DNA of 64,000 nucleotides from the NCBI GenBank assembly GCA_965203465.1, contig CBDBCR010000003.1, positions 64,001-128,000 of the forward strand, written 5' to 3'. Shown here one piece after another: positions 21,412 to 29,232 of the stretch. The notes under the pieces were generated by a model. That model was not told where the DNA came from and searched no databases. It was given only the letters and a program-made list of their open reading frames with translations. The position numbers were made by a program, and so were the translations under genes. How positions within the stretch are numbered: position 1 is the first letter of the stretch; every line of letters begins with the position of its first letter. The DNA comes from Nitrosopumilaceae archaeon (lineage in GTDB: Archaea; Thermoproteota; Nitrososphaeria; Nitrososphaerales; Nitrosopumilaceae).

Positions 21412-21700
21412 GTAAGCGGTCAGGTCGGTGGATAGCCTAGTCGCGAAAAAGCGCCACGTGCGGATCGGGCGTGCCTGAATGCAAGCCCGACTTGGCCGAT
21501 TACAGGATCGGCAAGCGGCCAGGTGGCCGACAGGCGCCGGCAGAACTCGTAGGCGCCAAGGCCCCGCTTGCGCCGGGTCAGCGCGCAGGTCATCCTGCCG
21601 AACGCCCTCGCCCCCTCTCGCGCCGCCCGTGTTACCGAGCTCGGCCCGCACGCACGGCTACTCGATCTTGGCGGCTTGGACGCGCCAGCGGCCGGATCAG
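21412..21700 (-). mobile_element. Probable IS66-family relic (terminus plus eroded transposase C-terminus)
   Basis: GTAAGCG terminus-like motif at 21412. The minus-strand peptide AREGARAFGRMTCALTRRKRGLGAYEFCRRL resembles IS66 TnpC C-termini and points toward that end. Confidence 0.4.
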
Positions 21701-21814
21701 GCGTTCGGCGAAAGCGTTCGGGAATGAAGGCGGTCAAGAAAACCCGACGCCGGGGGAGGCGCGGGCAGGCGGCGCCGCTTTAACTCAACGGATCAGCGCC
21801 CCGGTCGAGGCGCG

Positions 21815-22123
21815 CTAACGGAGGCGTCGAGACATTTCCTGGTAGGCGTCTTTGCGGTGACGGATCGCGTGGACTAGAACGCGATCTCCTTCGACGCGGT
21901 ACACTATGCGGAAGCAGAACTCGTCTATGCGCGCGGAGCGGAATCCCCTCAAGTCTGTGATCATCTCCTTGCCGATTTCAGGATCCCTGCCAATCTCCTC
22001 TATCTGCGAATTGACGGCGGCCAGCAGGCCAGGCTGCGACCTTTTGAGTTTTTTGTAGTCTTTTTTGCATTGGTTGGTAAACTCGACTCGCTGAGCTACG
22101 CTTTTACTTTTATCTTTTCCCAC
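21815..22123 (-). CDS. Type II toxin, RelE/ParE family
   Basis: 102 aa basic protein: VEFTNQCKKDYKKL...GKEMITDLRGFRSARIDEFCFRIVYRVEGDRVLVHAIRHRKDAY; overlaps the upstream gene. Confidence 0.85.
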   Translation of the reverse strand: MGKDKSKSVAQRVEFTNQCKKDYKKLKRSQPGLLAAVNSQIEEIGRDPEIGKEMITDLRGFRSARIDEFCFRIVYRVEGDRVLVHAIRHRKDAYQEMSRRLR

Positions 22124-22431
22124 GGTATAGTTTCTCCCCCTTTCATGCCGGCGCGCAACTGCCTCATCAGTTCTGGATCCTGCATTATCTCGATCGTGTC
22201 CATAAGGCCGGGGGGGCGCGTAGGCCTGACGGTTCTTTGATTCTCAAAGACGTCTACAGGGACTCTTTCGATGTCTGCTACCGGGCGCGAAGAGTGCGCC
22301 GCGTCTGCAAGCATGAAGAACATCGCCGCGTCTTCACAGCCGTCCATGTTCTCCATCTTCGAACAATCCGTTGCGCGTTTGCGCCTGACCGCTTCCTGCC
22401 GAAACACAATACCGTCGGCCACCGACGTCAT
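22096..22431 (-). CDS. Putative antitoxin (111 aa)
   Basis: ATG 22431 overlaps the upstream TGA (ATGA). The C-terminus DTIEIMQDPELMRQLRAGMKGGETIPWEKIK is typical of antitoxins preceding RelE. Confidence 0.7.
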   Translation of the reverse strand: MTSVADGIVFRQEAVRRKRATDCSKMENMDGCEDAAMFFMLADAAHSSRPVADIERVPVDVFENQRTVRPTRPPGLMDTIEIMQDPELMRQLRAGMKGGETIPWEKIKVKA

Positions 22432-22919
22432 ATCAGATCCCACTCTCGCAGCTCTGCCCAGCCCTCTTGGCATTGTTGCCCTGTAAAGTACGACTGCTTG
22501 TTTTTCACTTTTGTCAGGATTTTGGGCTTCGGCATGGCCTTGTAGACGCTCCTCAGAAAGTGGATCGACGCGAGTATCTCGAGCCTGTCCGGATCGTCCT
22601 TTTTGTCCCGCATGAAGCCCAGAAACCTCTCGAACTTGGATTGTACCCGCCCGGTGCCGAAGGCGCCGGGCGGCAGCCCACCGTATATGCCGCGCAGCGC
22701 GAATCCGTTGCTTGCCAGCCTCGTAGAATACGGACCTCTGACATACCACGAAAAGCGATATCCCATATACACGCCGAACGACTGCAACAGGTAGACTGAC
22801 TTTTGCAGGGTCAGCCTGCCCCCGAAATCCGACATGTCAAAGTTGTCCAAGTTTTTGAGCACCATGCCCAGACTGACGACATCCTCGTCTAGCCCAACGA
22901 CGTTCTGGCCCGCGCTCAA
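22428..22919 (-). CDS. YwgA/Panacea (SocA, DUF4065)-like protein
   Basis: Motifs GRLTLQKSVYLLQ...GYRFSWYVRGPYSTRL and LEILASIHFL; start uncertain (TTG 22919 or ATG 22865). Confidence 0.7.
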   Translation of the reverse strand: MSAGQNVVGLDEDVVSLGMVLKNLDNFDMSDFGGRLTLQKSVYLLQSFGVYMGYRFSWYVRGPYSTRLASNGFALRGIYGGLPPGAFGTGRVQSKFERFLGFMRDKKDDPDRLEILASIHFLRSVYKAMPKPKILTKVKNKQSYFTGQQCQEGWAELREWDLI

Positions 22920-23229
22920 CCGGCAATGCCTTTCCGCCACGGCTTTTAATCCTTGGCATCGCCCGGTTTTGTTCGGCAATTCCCCGATCCGCGCCTGAGC
23001 GGAGCCGTTTTTTGGCCGATCCGGCCACGGCGCAGGCACGAAAATGCGAATTGCCGAACAAAGCCCGTCGCCCTAGTTGCCCAACCCCATGTAGCGGGGG
23101 CCGCCTTGCGTCATCCGTACCTGATTCTCGGGCAGAAAGCGCGCCCCGGCGCCGGCAACGGCCCTGCATCCGGGGTTAGGCAACCAACTACATCGGCCCC
23201 CGCCGCCCGGCGGGCCGAGTGCGCCGCCG

Positions 23230-23804
23230 GTATGCACTCGCCCCCCCCCCCCGTCCCGTAGGCACGAAACGCCCCGGTCTGACGCACTGCGGGGGCGGGT
23301 GAACCCACGGTCGGGCGCCCGCAGCCGCGGCGCGCGCCCGTCCGGGCCGCCCCGACCGGGGCCTGTCCGCCCCCGTGGCGTCCGAAGCCGTGCTGCTGCG
23401 CGGGGAACTGGTCGCGGCCCACATCACGATCTTCGGCCAAGACAACCAGATCGTGGTACTGGAGGAGCAGGTGGCCTCGGAGAGGGCAGAGAAGGAAAAG
23501 TACAAGGCCGGGCTGCCGACGTTCGTCATGACGTGCGGCATGAACGATATCTTTCCGTGCAGGGCCGTAGTCGAGATGCTGCGCGACCCCGGGTGGGACA
23601 TGTTCAACCCCGGGCCGCCGGCGCCGCGCGACTGGTCGGTATTCGATTCGCCCGCCCCTTCCCTGCCGAGGCCGCCCGGGACGGAGGCGGGGCGGCGGCC
23701 GGCTCCGGCGGCGGCCGTTGCCTGACCGCGCCTGACGGGCCGCCGGACGCGCTACGGGCAGCGTCAGTCCGCCTCAGGCGTCGGACGGGGGGGCGAGCGC
23801 ATAC
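23230..23804 (+). mobile_element. Internally deleted IS66-type non-autonomous element (575 bp)
   Basis: Terminal inverted repeats GTATGCACTCG(C12)GTCC at 23230 and GGAC(G7)CGAGCGCATAC ending at 23804. Internal ORF 23375-23725 joins a coiled-coil N-terminus to a TnpC-like C-terminus (FVMTCGMNDIFPCRAVVEMLRDPGW). No 8-bp TSD is visible. Confidence 0.65.
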
Positions 23805-23834
23805 GCATTTCTAGCAAGATGGAAACCGCGCCGG

Positions 23835-26450
23835 CTAGGCTCTGCGCGACAGGCGCCTGTAGGCGAATACGGCGGCGGCCGGCGAGCCCACAAGAGAGGC
23901 GTTGAACAGTATAACGAGCGAGCCGAGCAGCACAGTCTGGGCCTCCGATTCCGCCAGTTCCATTATTCCCAGAGACCAGAGCAGAGGCTGCAGGGATGCC
24001 TGGACTGCCTGCTTGAAGGCCGGGCTGGACCTTTCCAGGTCGGCGACGGCCGGCGAAAAGGCATAGTAGAACTGGTTGAAACCTGACATGAATACAGAGC
24101 CTGCGCCCGTCGAGAGGGCGCCGTCGCGGACTTCGCGCAGCCGCTGCACCTGCTCTGACATCTCGGTGCCGTACGCGGCCGTGGCTACCAGGCAGCCGCC
24201 TCCGTCGTCTGCCGGAACGGGCGTGCAGGTCCCGTCGTCGGCGAGGAACGTGCCGGGGCCGCAGACCGGATCTGCCGGCTCTGGCTCGTCGGTGATCGGC
24301 TCTTGGGTGACAGGTTCCTGCGTGATCGGAGCTGGCGGCTCGGGTGCCGGCGGCTCGGGGTCTTTGGGCGGCTCTACTACGGGCGCTGCCGGCTCTGCGG
24401 GCGGCTCGGGCTGCTCGACGGGTTCGGCGCGCTCGGCCTGCCGCTGCTCGGGCTCTACCTCGAAGGGCTGGGAAGTCGCCCTCGGCTCTGGCGTATCGAA
24501 CGTCCTGGTCCCCGTGCACGAATCGATGTTTACGGATTCGGTGTCCGACGCGATGGTGCGGTTGGAGACGAGCGTGGCCGAGATCCTGGCGAAAGATTCC
24601 GAAGATCCGAACGGAGCGGTGAATTCGGTGTACCCGTCAGAGTCGCCCGACGGCGTCATGCGGATCACGCCGGCCACGGGCATGCGGACGGTCACGTCGA
24701 GCGAGCCCGACGACGGGCCGGCCACCACGTCGATCGTGTTGGCCTCGCAGTCCCACGAGACGGATCGTATGTACACCGCGTCTGTCACGGCGCCCCCGTC
24801 CAGCGTGGTTCCCGAGACGCGGGCGCCGCCGCCCCCTCCTCCTCCGCCGCCGCCTCCGCCTCCGGCGGAAGTCCTCTGCGGCGGGGCCGTGACGTCGAGG
24901 GTGGCGCGCTCGGGCGCGGCCGGGGCAGGTGCCGGCGCGGTCTGGGTGGTGTACGAGGTCTGCCACCTGCCGTCTATGAACCTGAGCGTCTCGTAGGCCG
25001 CAGAGGCCAAGTCGCCCTTGGCGTCGAGCTGCGTGCTGCCCATCAGCCCGCGGTGCCCGAGGGCCGCGGACGGTATGGCGTTGCCCAAGCCGCCGTCGCC
25101 CGTCACCGCGGTCGAATCGGAGAGCACCAAGGCCTTGCCCAATACCTGCACGGAATCGTAGGCGGCGTACGCTCCCGAATAGACGCGCGTTTCCCGTTCG
25201 GTGATGTCGAGCCTGTCCTGTATCGCGTTGGTCACCCTCGGGAACGAGTCGTGGCTTCTGTCGGGCGCGTCGTCGATCACGGTGAATTGGTCCCTGACGA
25301 ACGACAGCACCTGGGCGGACGCGCCGTCGGTGACGGGCCAGAACTGCGCCCCGTACCAGTTCAGCGCCGCAAGCGCTGGATCCGCGGCGGCGGCCTCGAC
25401 GATGAGGGCGCCGTCGTCCCGGAACGGGGCGAGCAGCACTACGGTATTGCCCGAGACCGCGCTGGCCACGTCGGCCGTGACCGGCGTGCCGCTGCCCAGC
25501 GATATTATGGCTGCCGGATCGTATGCCACCGGCGCCACGGTTATGCCCGAGGCGCTGCGCCGCACCGACTCCAGCAGGGATGTGCCCCACGGGTCGCTGT
25601 CCCGGTGGACCACCACTACCGTCTGCACGCCCTGCCCGGCCAGCCTGTCTGTGAAGAACTTGCCCTGGTTGGCCGTGGGCGAGAGGAACCGGAATATGTT
25701 GTCTTCCAGCGCGAGGGCAGACGAGACCGAGCAGCAGCTCAAGAGCAGCATGCCGTTGTCGTCGGCGTATTGGCGCACGCTTGCAAGCTCTGTAGAGCTG
25801 ACCGGGCCGAACACGATTTTGGTGCCCAGCATGTTCATGCCCTGGAGTTCGGAAAGGGCCGTCGCCGGCAGCGACGCGGTGTCGCGCGCGTCCAGCTGGA
25901 GCCGCCATTTCGAGTCCGTGCTCACGAACCTCGCGTTCAGATCCTCCACCCCCTCGCGTAGCGCGGCCTCTGCCGGCTCCCCGTACTCTGCGAGGCCGCC
26001 GGTCCGCGCCACCAGCGCGCCGACCCGGACCGTCGTGGGATCCGCCGGCACTGCCGGGGCCCCGACCACCTGTATGCTGAACTCACGGAACACGCCGGCC
26101 TGCCCCGCCGCCGTCGGCATCGCGTACAGCATCGGGCTGTACGCAGTGCCGACTTGGGCAGTTGCCGGCACCGTCACGGTCATCTCCATGTCCAGCGTGC
26201 CGCCGGCCGGAATCTGCGCGCGCGGGGGCGACAGCTGCGTCGTCAGGCCGTCGGCGCCCCTCACCGTAAACTCCACGCCGGTCGCGGCGTCCGACGTGAG
26301 GCGCAGCACCAGTATGCGCGAATCGCCGGCCTCCATCTCGACGCCGAGGCCGGACGAATAGACCGGATCGTACGCCAGGCCGAACGCCTGCGGCGCGGCA
26401 GCCGCCGCGGCGAGCGCCAAGAGCGTCGCGGTCAGCAGCGTGCGGGACAT
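23835..26450 (-). CDS. Secreted protein with Ig-like domain, branched-chain-amino-acid-type (type I periplasmic binding) domain, poly-Gly and Pro/Glu linkers, and CFI-box-CTERM anchor (copy A, 871 aa)
   Basis: Signal peptide MSRTLLTATLLALAAAAAAPQAFG; VRVGALVARTGGLAEYG...GPVSS...LLSCCS...YAAYDSV; C-terminal GGGCLVATAAYG...FNQFYYAFSPAVADLER followed by a TM segment. Confidence 0.88.
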   Translation of the reverse strand: MSRTLLTATLLALAAAAAAPQAFGLAYDPVYSSGLGVEMEAGDSRILVLRLTSDAATGVEFTVRGADGLTTQLSPPRAQIPAGGTLDMEMTVTVPATAQVGTAYSPMLYAMPTAAGQAGVFREFSIQVVGAPAVPADPTTVRVGALVARTGGLAEYGEPAEAALREGVEDLNARFVSTDSKWRLQLDARDTASLPATALSELQGMNMLGTKIVFGPVSSTELASVRQYADDNGMLLLSCCSVSSALALEDNIFRFLSPTANQGKFFTDRLAGQGVQTVVVVHRDSDPWGTSLLESVRRSASGITVAPVAYDPAAIISLGSGTPVTADVASAVSGNTVVLLAPFRDDGALIVEAAAADPALAALNWYGAQFWPVTDGASAQVLSFVRDQFTVIDDAPDRSHDSFPRVTNAIQDRLDITERETRVYSGAYAAYDSVQVLGKALVLSDSTAVTGDGGLGNAIPSAALGHRGLMGSTQLDAKGDLASAAYETLRFIDGRWQTSYTTQTAPAPAPAAPERATLDVTAPPQRTSAGGGGGGGGGGGGGARVSGTTLDGGAVTDAVYIRSVSWDCEANTIDVVAGPSSGSLDVTVRMPVAGVIRMTPSGDSDGYTEFTAPFGSSESFARISATLVSNRTIASDTESVNIDSCTGTRTFDTPEPRATSQPFEVEPEQRQAERAEPVEQPEPPAEPAAPVVEPPKDPEPPAPEPPAPITQEPVTQEPITDEPEPADPVCGPGTFLADDGTCTPVPADDGGGCLVATAAYGTEMSEQVQRLREVRDGALSTGAGSVFMSGFNQFYYAFSPAVADLERSSPAFKQAVQASLQPLLWSLGIMELAESEAQTVLLGSLVILFNASLVGSPAAAVFAYRRLSRRA

Positions 26451-26451
26451 T

Positions 26452-28656
26452 TTATCCACAGCTTGCAAAGAGCGATATTACCTGCGAGAGCGAATCGTCC
26501 CCTGTGGGCAGCACCCTGCCGGAGTGGGCCACCTTGAACTCTAGGTCGGAGGAGGTTCCCGACGCGGGCAGGAACGAGCCAAGGGAGACGAACTCGCCCG
26601 GCTCGAGCTCTACGAACGTCCCTCCCACCTTTACCGACGTGGTCAGGGTGGCGTACTCGTTGCCCGCCGAGTCGATCCACGGAGCCACCCGCAGCTGGAG
26701 CTCTTGGAGTGCCTCGTTGCCCACGTTGGTCACGGACTGGCGCACGACGGGCGACTCGCCGCCGGTCACTATGCCGAACGAGACGGCCGAGCCGGTCGCC
26801 GAGCAGGCGGACGCCACCTGGCTGCCCGACACGTCGGAGCTTATCAGCCGCAGGTTCTGAAGCTGCGGATCGGAATAGGCGGGCAGGTAGTTTATCCTGC
26901 CCTGCACGCGCTCGGCCAGCGACGTGTACGGGCCGCTGCTGTCGCCCCAGTAGTTGTAGCCGGCCACCAGTGTGGCGGGGGTCAGGTTTATCACGTCGTC
27001 GCCATCGTTCGAGACAAAACTGTTGTTGTACACGTCGATGGCGTGATCTATGTGCCGTTCGGCTATCGTGAAATCGGCAATGGCGGTGCCCAGTTGATCC
27101 TCGTGCACGCCGCAACCGCCCTGGCATATCAGCACGCCGTTGTGGCTCTCACGGATGGTATTGTCGTATATCTTGATGTGGCGGTTGTCGCCTCCCCAGA
27201 CGATGATCGCCGCCTCTACTACCCCCTCCGCGGCACCGGTGGTAAAGTCGTACCCCACGCGGCCGTTGTCGTTGAATACCTTGGGGTACCTGAACTTCAG
27301 TTCTTTGTTGATGTAGTTGTTGTTTGCGCCCTTTATCTCGTTGTCGTAAATGTAGACCGTCTCGCCCGCATAGTCCCTGGCCGGCCTGGACGCCTTTTGG
27401 ATCGCGAACGCGAGCATGTCCTCTATGGTGTTGCCGCTGATGTGCGTGTCCGTCAACATCCCGTTGCCGAGGTTTATCCCCGCGAACGACGGGTTTCTGA
27501 TGTAGTTGTCCGTTATGTCTAGGCCTTCGACGGTGGCGCCGGTGCTCGGAAGGAAGCGGATGGCGGTCATGAGAGATCCGTTCCTTGTATCGCCCGCGTT
27601 GGGCAGGGCCTCGTTCCGTCCGATGTCTATCAGGGTGTTGCTGGAGATCTTTATGTTTTTGAATTCCGAGCCTGCTGGTGTCCACAAGAGTATCCCGTGC
27701 CTGCTGGTGTTCTCGAACGTGCTGTTTTCAACGGTGATGTTTTCAAGCAGCGGAAGGTTGTAAGTGCGGTTCTCGTTTAGCAGGACGACCGCGGGCTGGC
27801 GCCAATGCGACGTAATGTCCCTGAACGTCACGCCGTCTATCTCCACGTCGTTGCTGGTCACGATGATGGCGACGTTGCCGGTTATGAGCCCGGGTCCCTT
27901 TAGCGTCATCGGCTTGTTTAGTTTAAGGAGCGTATCGCTTGTAAAAGACTTGGTCTCGCTGTTGAGGTGGAGTGTTGTTCCGTACCCAAGGCCGTCGATC
28001 AAGGCCTGGGTAAGGTTGCCGGTGCCAGGATCTAGAACCTGCATGGGGCGCAAAAAGACGCTTACGTGGTCTCTGGCGACCCTTGTTTCTTGGCTTCTCG
28101 GCGGATTTGTCTCTCCTGTACTTACGTAAGTCTGGTCGTTGGTTACGCTGTCGCATGTGATATCGTAATTTGGATGATTCGCGGTTGCGTCGCACCGGGG
28201 GTCGTAGTTTGCGTTCGGATACGTCGCCGCCAGTACAAAGACGAGCGTCTCAGTGCTCAGGTTCGTGGCAACGGGCGTAGTAAACGTCGCAATCAGATCG
28301 GTCGGGTTGTTTATGGTGACCCGAGTCAGGTTGGCGCCGGGCAACGGGGCGTCGAACTCGCCCGAATTCGCCAAGCGCTGCGACCAGTGCACGCTCATAG
28401 GCTGGGTTTGGGCAGCCGTGCCGTACGTCCACGATCCGTCCAAGGTGACCGTGTCGCCCCTGTCCGCTACCATGTCGGGCCCCGCATCCGAAGTGTAGTT
28501 TGTCGCGTACGCGGGCGTCAAGGAAGCGACCGCCAAGGCCAGAGCCGCGCAGGCGGCGATAGCCAGAATTCGGGACGGCTCCAAGGGTTTACGACGCCCC
28601 CCCAACGAACAGCCGTCCGGCTGAGCGATCTTTCGGGTTTCTGTTCGGGTGCTCAT
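26452..28656 (-). CDS. Secreted protein with PKD/K319-like N-terminal domain, right-handed parallel beta-helix and C-terminal Ig-like domain (copy A, 734 aa)
   Basis: ATG 28656 lies about 32 nt after the TATA box; signal peptide; DAGPDMVADRGDTVTLDGS (PKD-like); repeated ITxNxI/F beta-helix turns; NYWG motif; ends ...FASCG, 1 nt before the next ATG. Confidence 0.85.
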   Translation of the reverse strand: MSTRTETRKIAQPDGCSLGGRRKPLEPSRILAIAACAALALAVASLTPAYATNYTSDAGPDMVADRGDTVTLDGSWTYGTAAQTQPMSVHWSQRLANSGEFDAPLPGANLTRVTINNPTDLIATFTTPVATNLSTETLVFVLAATYPNANYDPRCDATANHPNYDITCDSVTNDQTYVSTGETNPPRSQETRVARDHVSVFLRPMQVLDPGTGNLTQALIDGLGYGTTLHLNSETKSFTSDTLLKLNKPMTLKGPGLITGNVAIIVTSNDVEIDGVTFRDITSHWRQPAVVLLNENRTYNLPLLENITVENSTFENTSRHGILLWTPAGSEFKNIKISSNTLIDIGRNEALPNAGDTRNGSLMTAIRFLPSTGATVEGLDITDNYIRNPSFAGINLGNGMLTDTHISGNTIEDMLAFAIQKASRPARDYAGETVYIYDNEIKGANNNYINKELKFRYPKVFNDNGRVGYDFTTGAAEGVVEAAIIVWGGDNRHIKIYDNTIRESHNGVLICQGGCGVHEDQLGTAIADFTIAERHIDHAIDVYNNSFVSNDGDDVINLTPATLVAGYNYWGDSSGPYTSLAERVQGRINYLPAYSDPQLQNLRLISSDVSGSQVASACSATGSAVSFGIVTGGESPVVRQSVTNVGNEALQELQLRVAPWIDSAGNEYATLTTSVKVGGTFVELEPGEFVSLGSFLPASGTSSDLEFKVAHSGRVLPTGDDSLSQVISLFASCG

Positions 28657-28742
28657 GGGTTGCTTCGTCCGGGCCTCGCCAAGTGTGTATAAAAGGACTT
28701 CGTTTTTGGGCGGTTTTGCCAGAACCCCCCCCCCCCCCCCCC
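28657..28742 (-). promoter_or_regulatory. TATA promoter of module A with an upstream G18 homopolymer
   Basis: tataaaa at 28688-28694; gcttcgtccgggcctcgccaagtgtgtataaaagg is identical to the module B promoter; C18 at 28725-28742. Confidence 0.75.
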
Positions 28743-29232
28743 GAGGGGCCGATTTCGCGGTCCGGCGGCAAGAGCGCGGGTCTGGTACGGCCCGGATTGG
28801 CGGCGCGCCGGGCGGCGCCGGCGGGCTCGCGCGGCCGGGCGGCGCGGGCCGCCCCGTACCGGACGCGCCGGAAAGCACGTTCGAGCTCGGGTCGATGTGT
28901 TCGCGACCCGGTGGCGGCAAGGCACCTGCCGGAAACGCTCAAACGCTGGTCGATGTATTCTCCAGGACGGCCGCTCCCCCGGATCGCGCGGCCGAGCTGG
29001 CCGGGGACAGCGGTCTTGCGCGCGTTCCCGTCCCGGCAGGAAAGGCCGGACGCGGCGCCGCAAAATCCTGCCGGCATTCTTGCGCGCGACGCTGCCGCGC
29101 ACCGTCTCGGCGGGCGCCGCGCCGTGAGGCGCGCCGAGCGCGCGGCCGAACGACTGGAAGAGCCCGCGCTTTTGGCACTATGGCGCGGATCGCCTGCGGG
29201 CCGGCGCAGCCCCGCCCCGAACCGCGCCCGTG

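Noticed and set aside
28657-28920. N-terminal extension of the 822-aa ORF
   Set aside because: It runs through the TATA box and G18 tract; the paralogue supports ATG 28656
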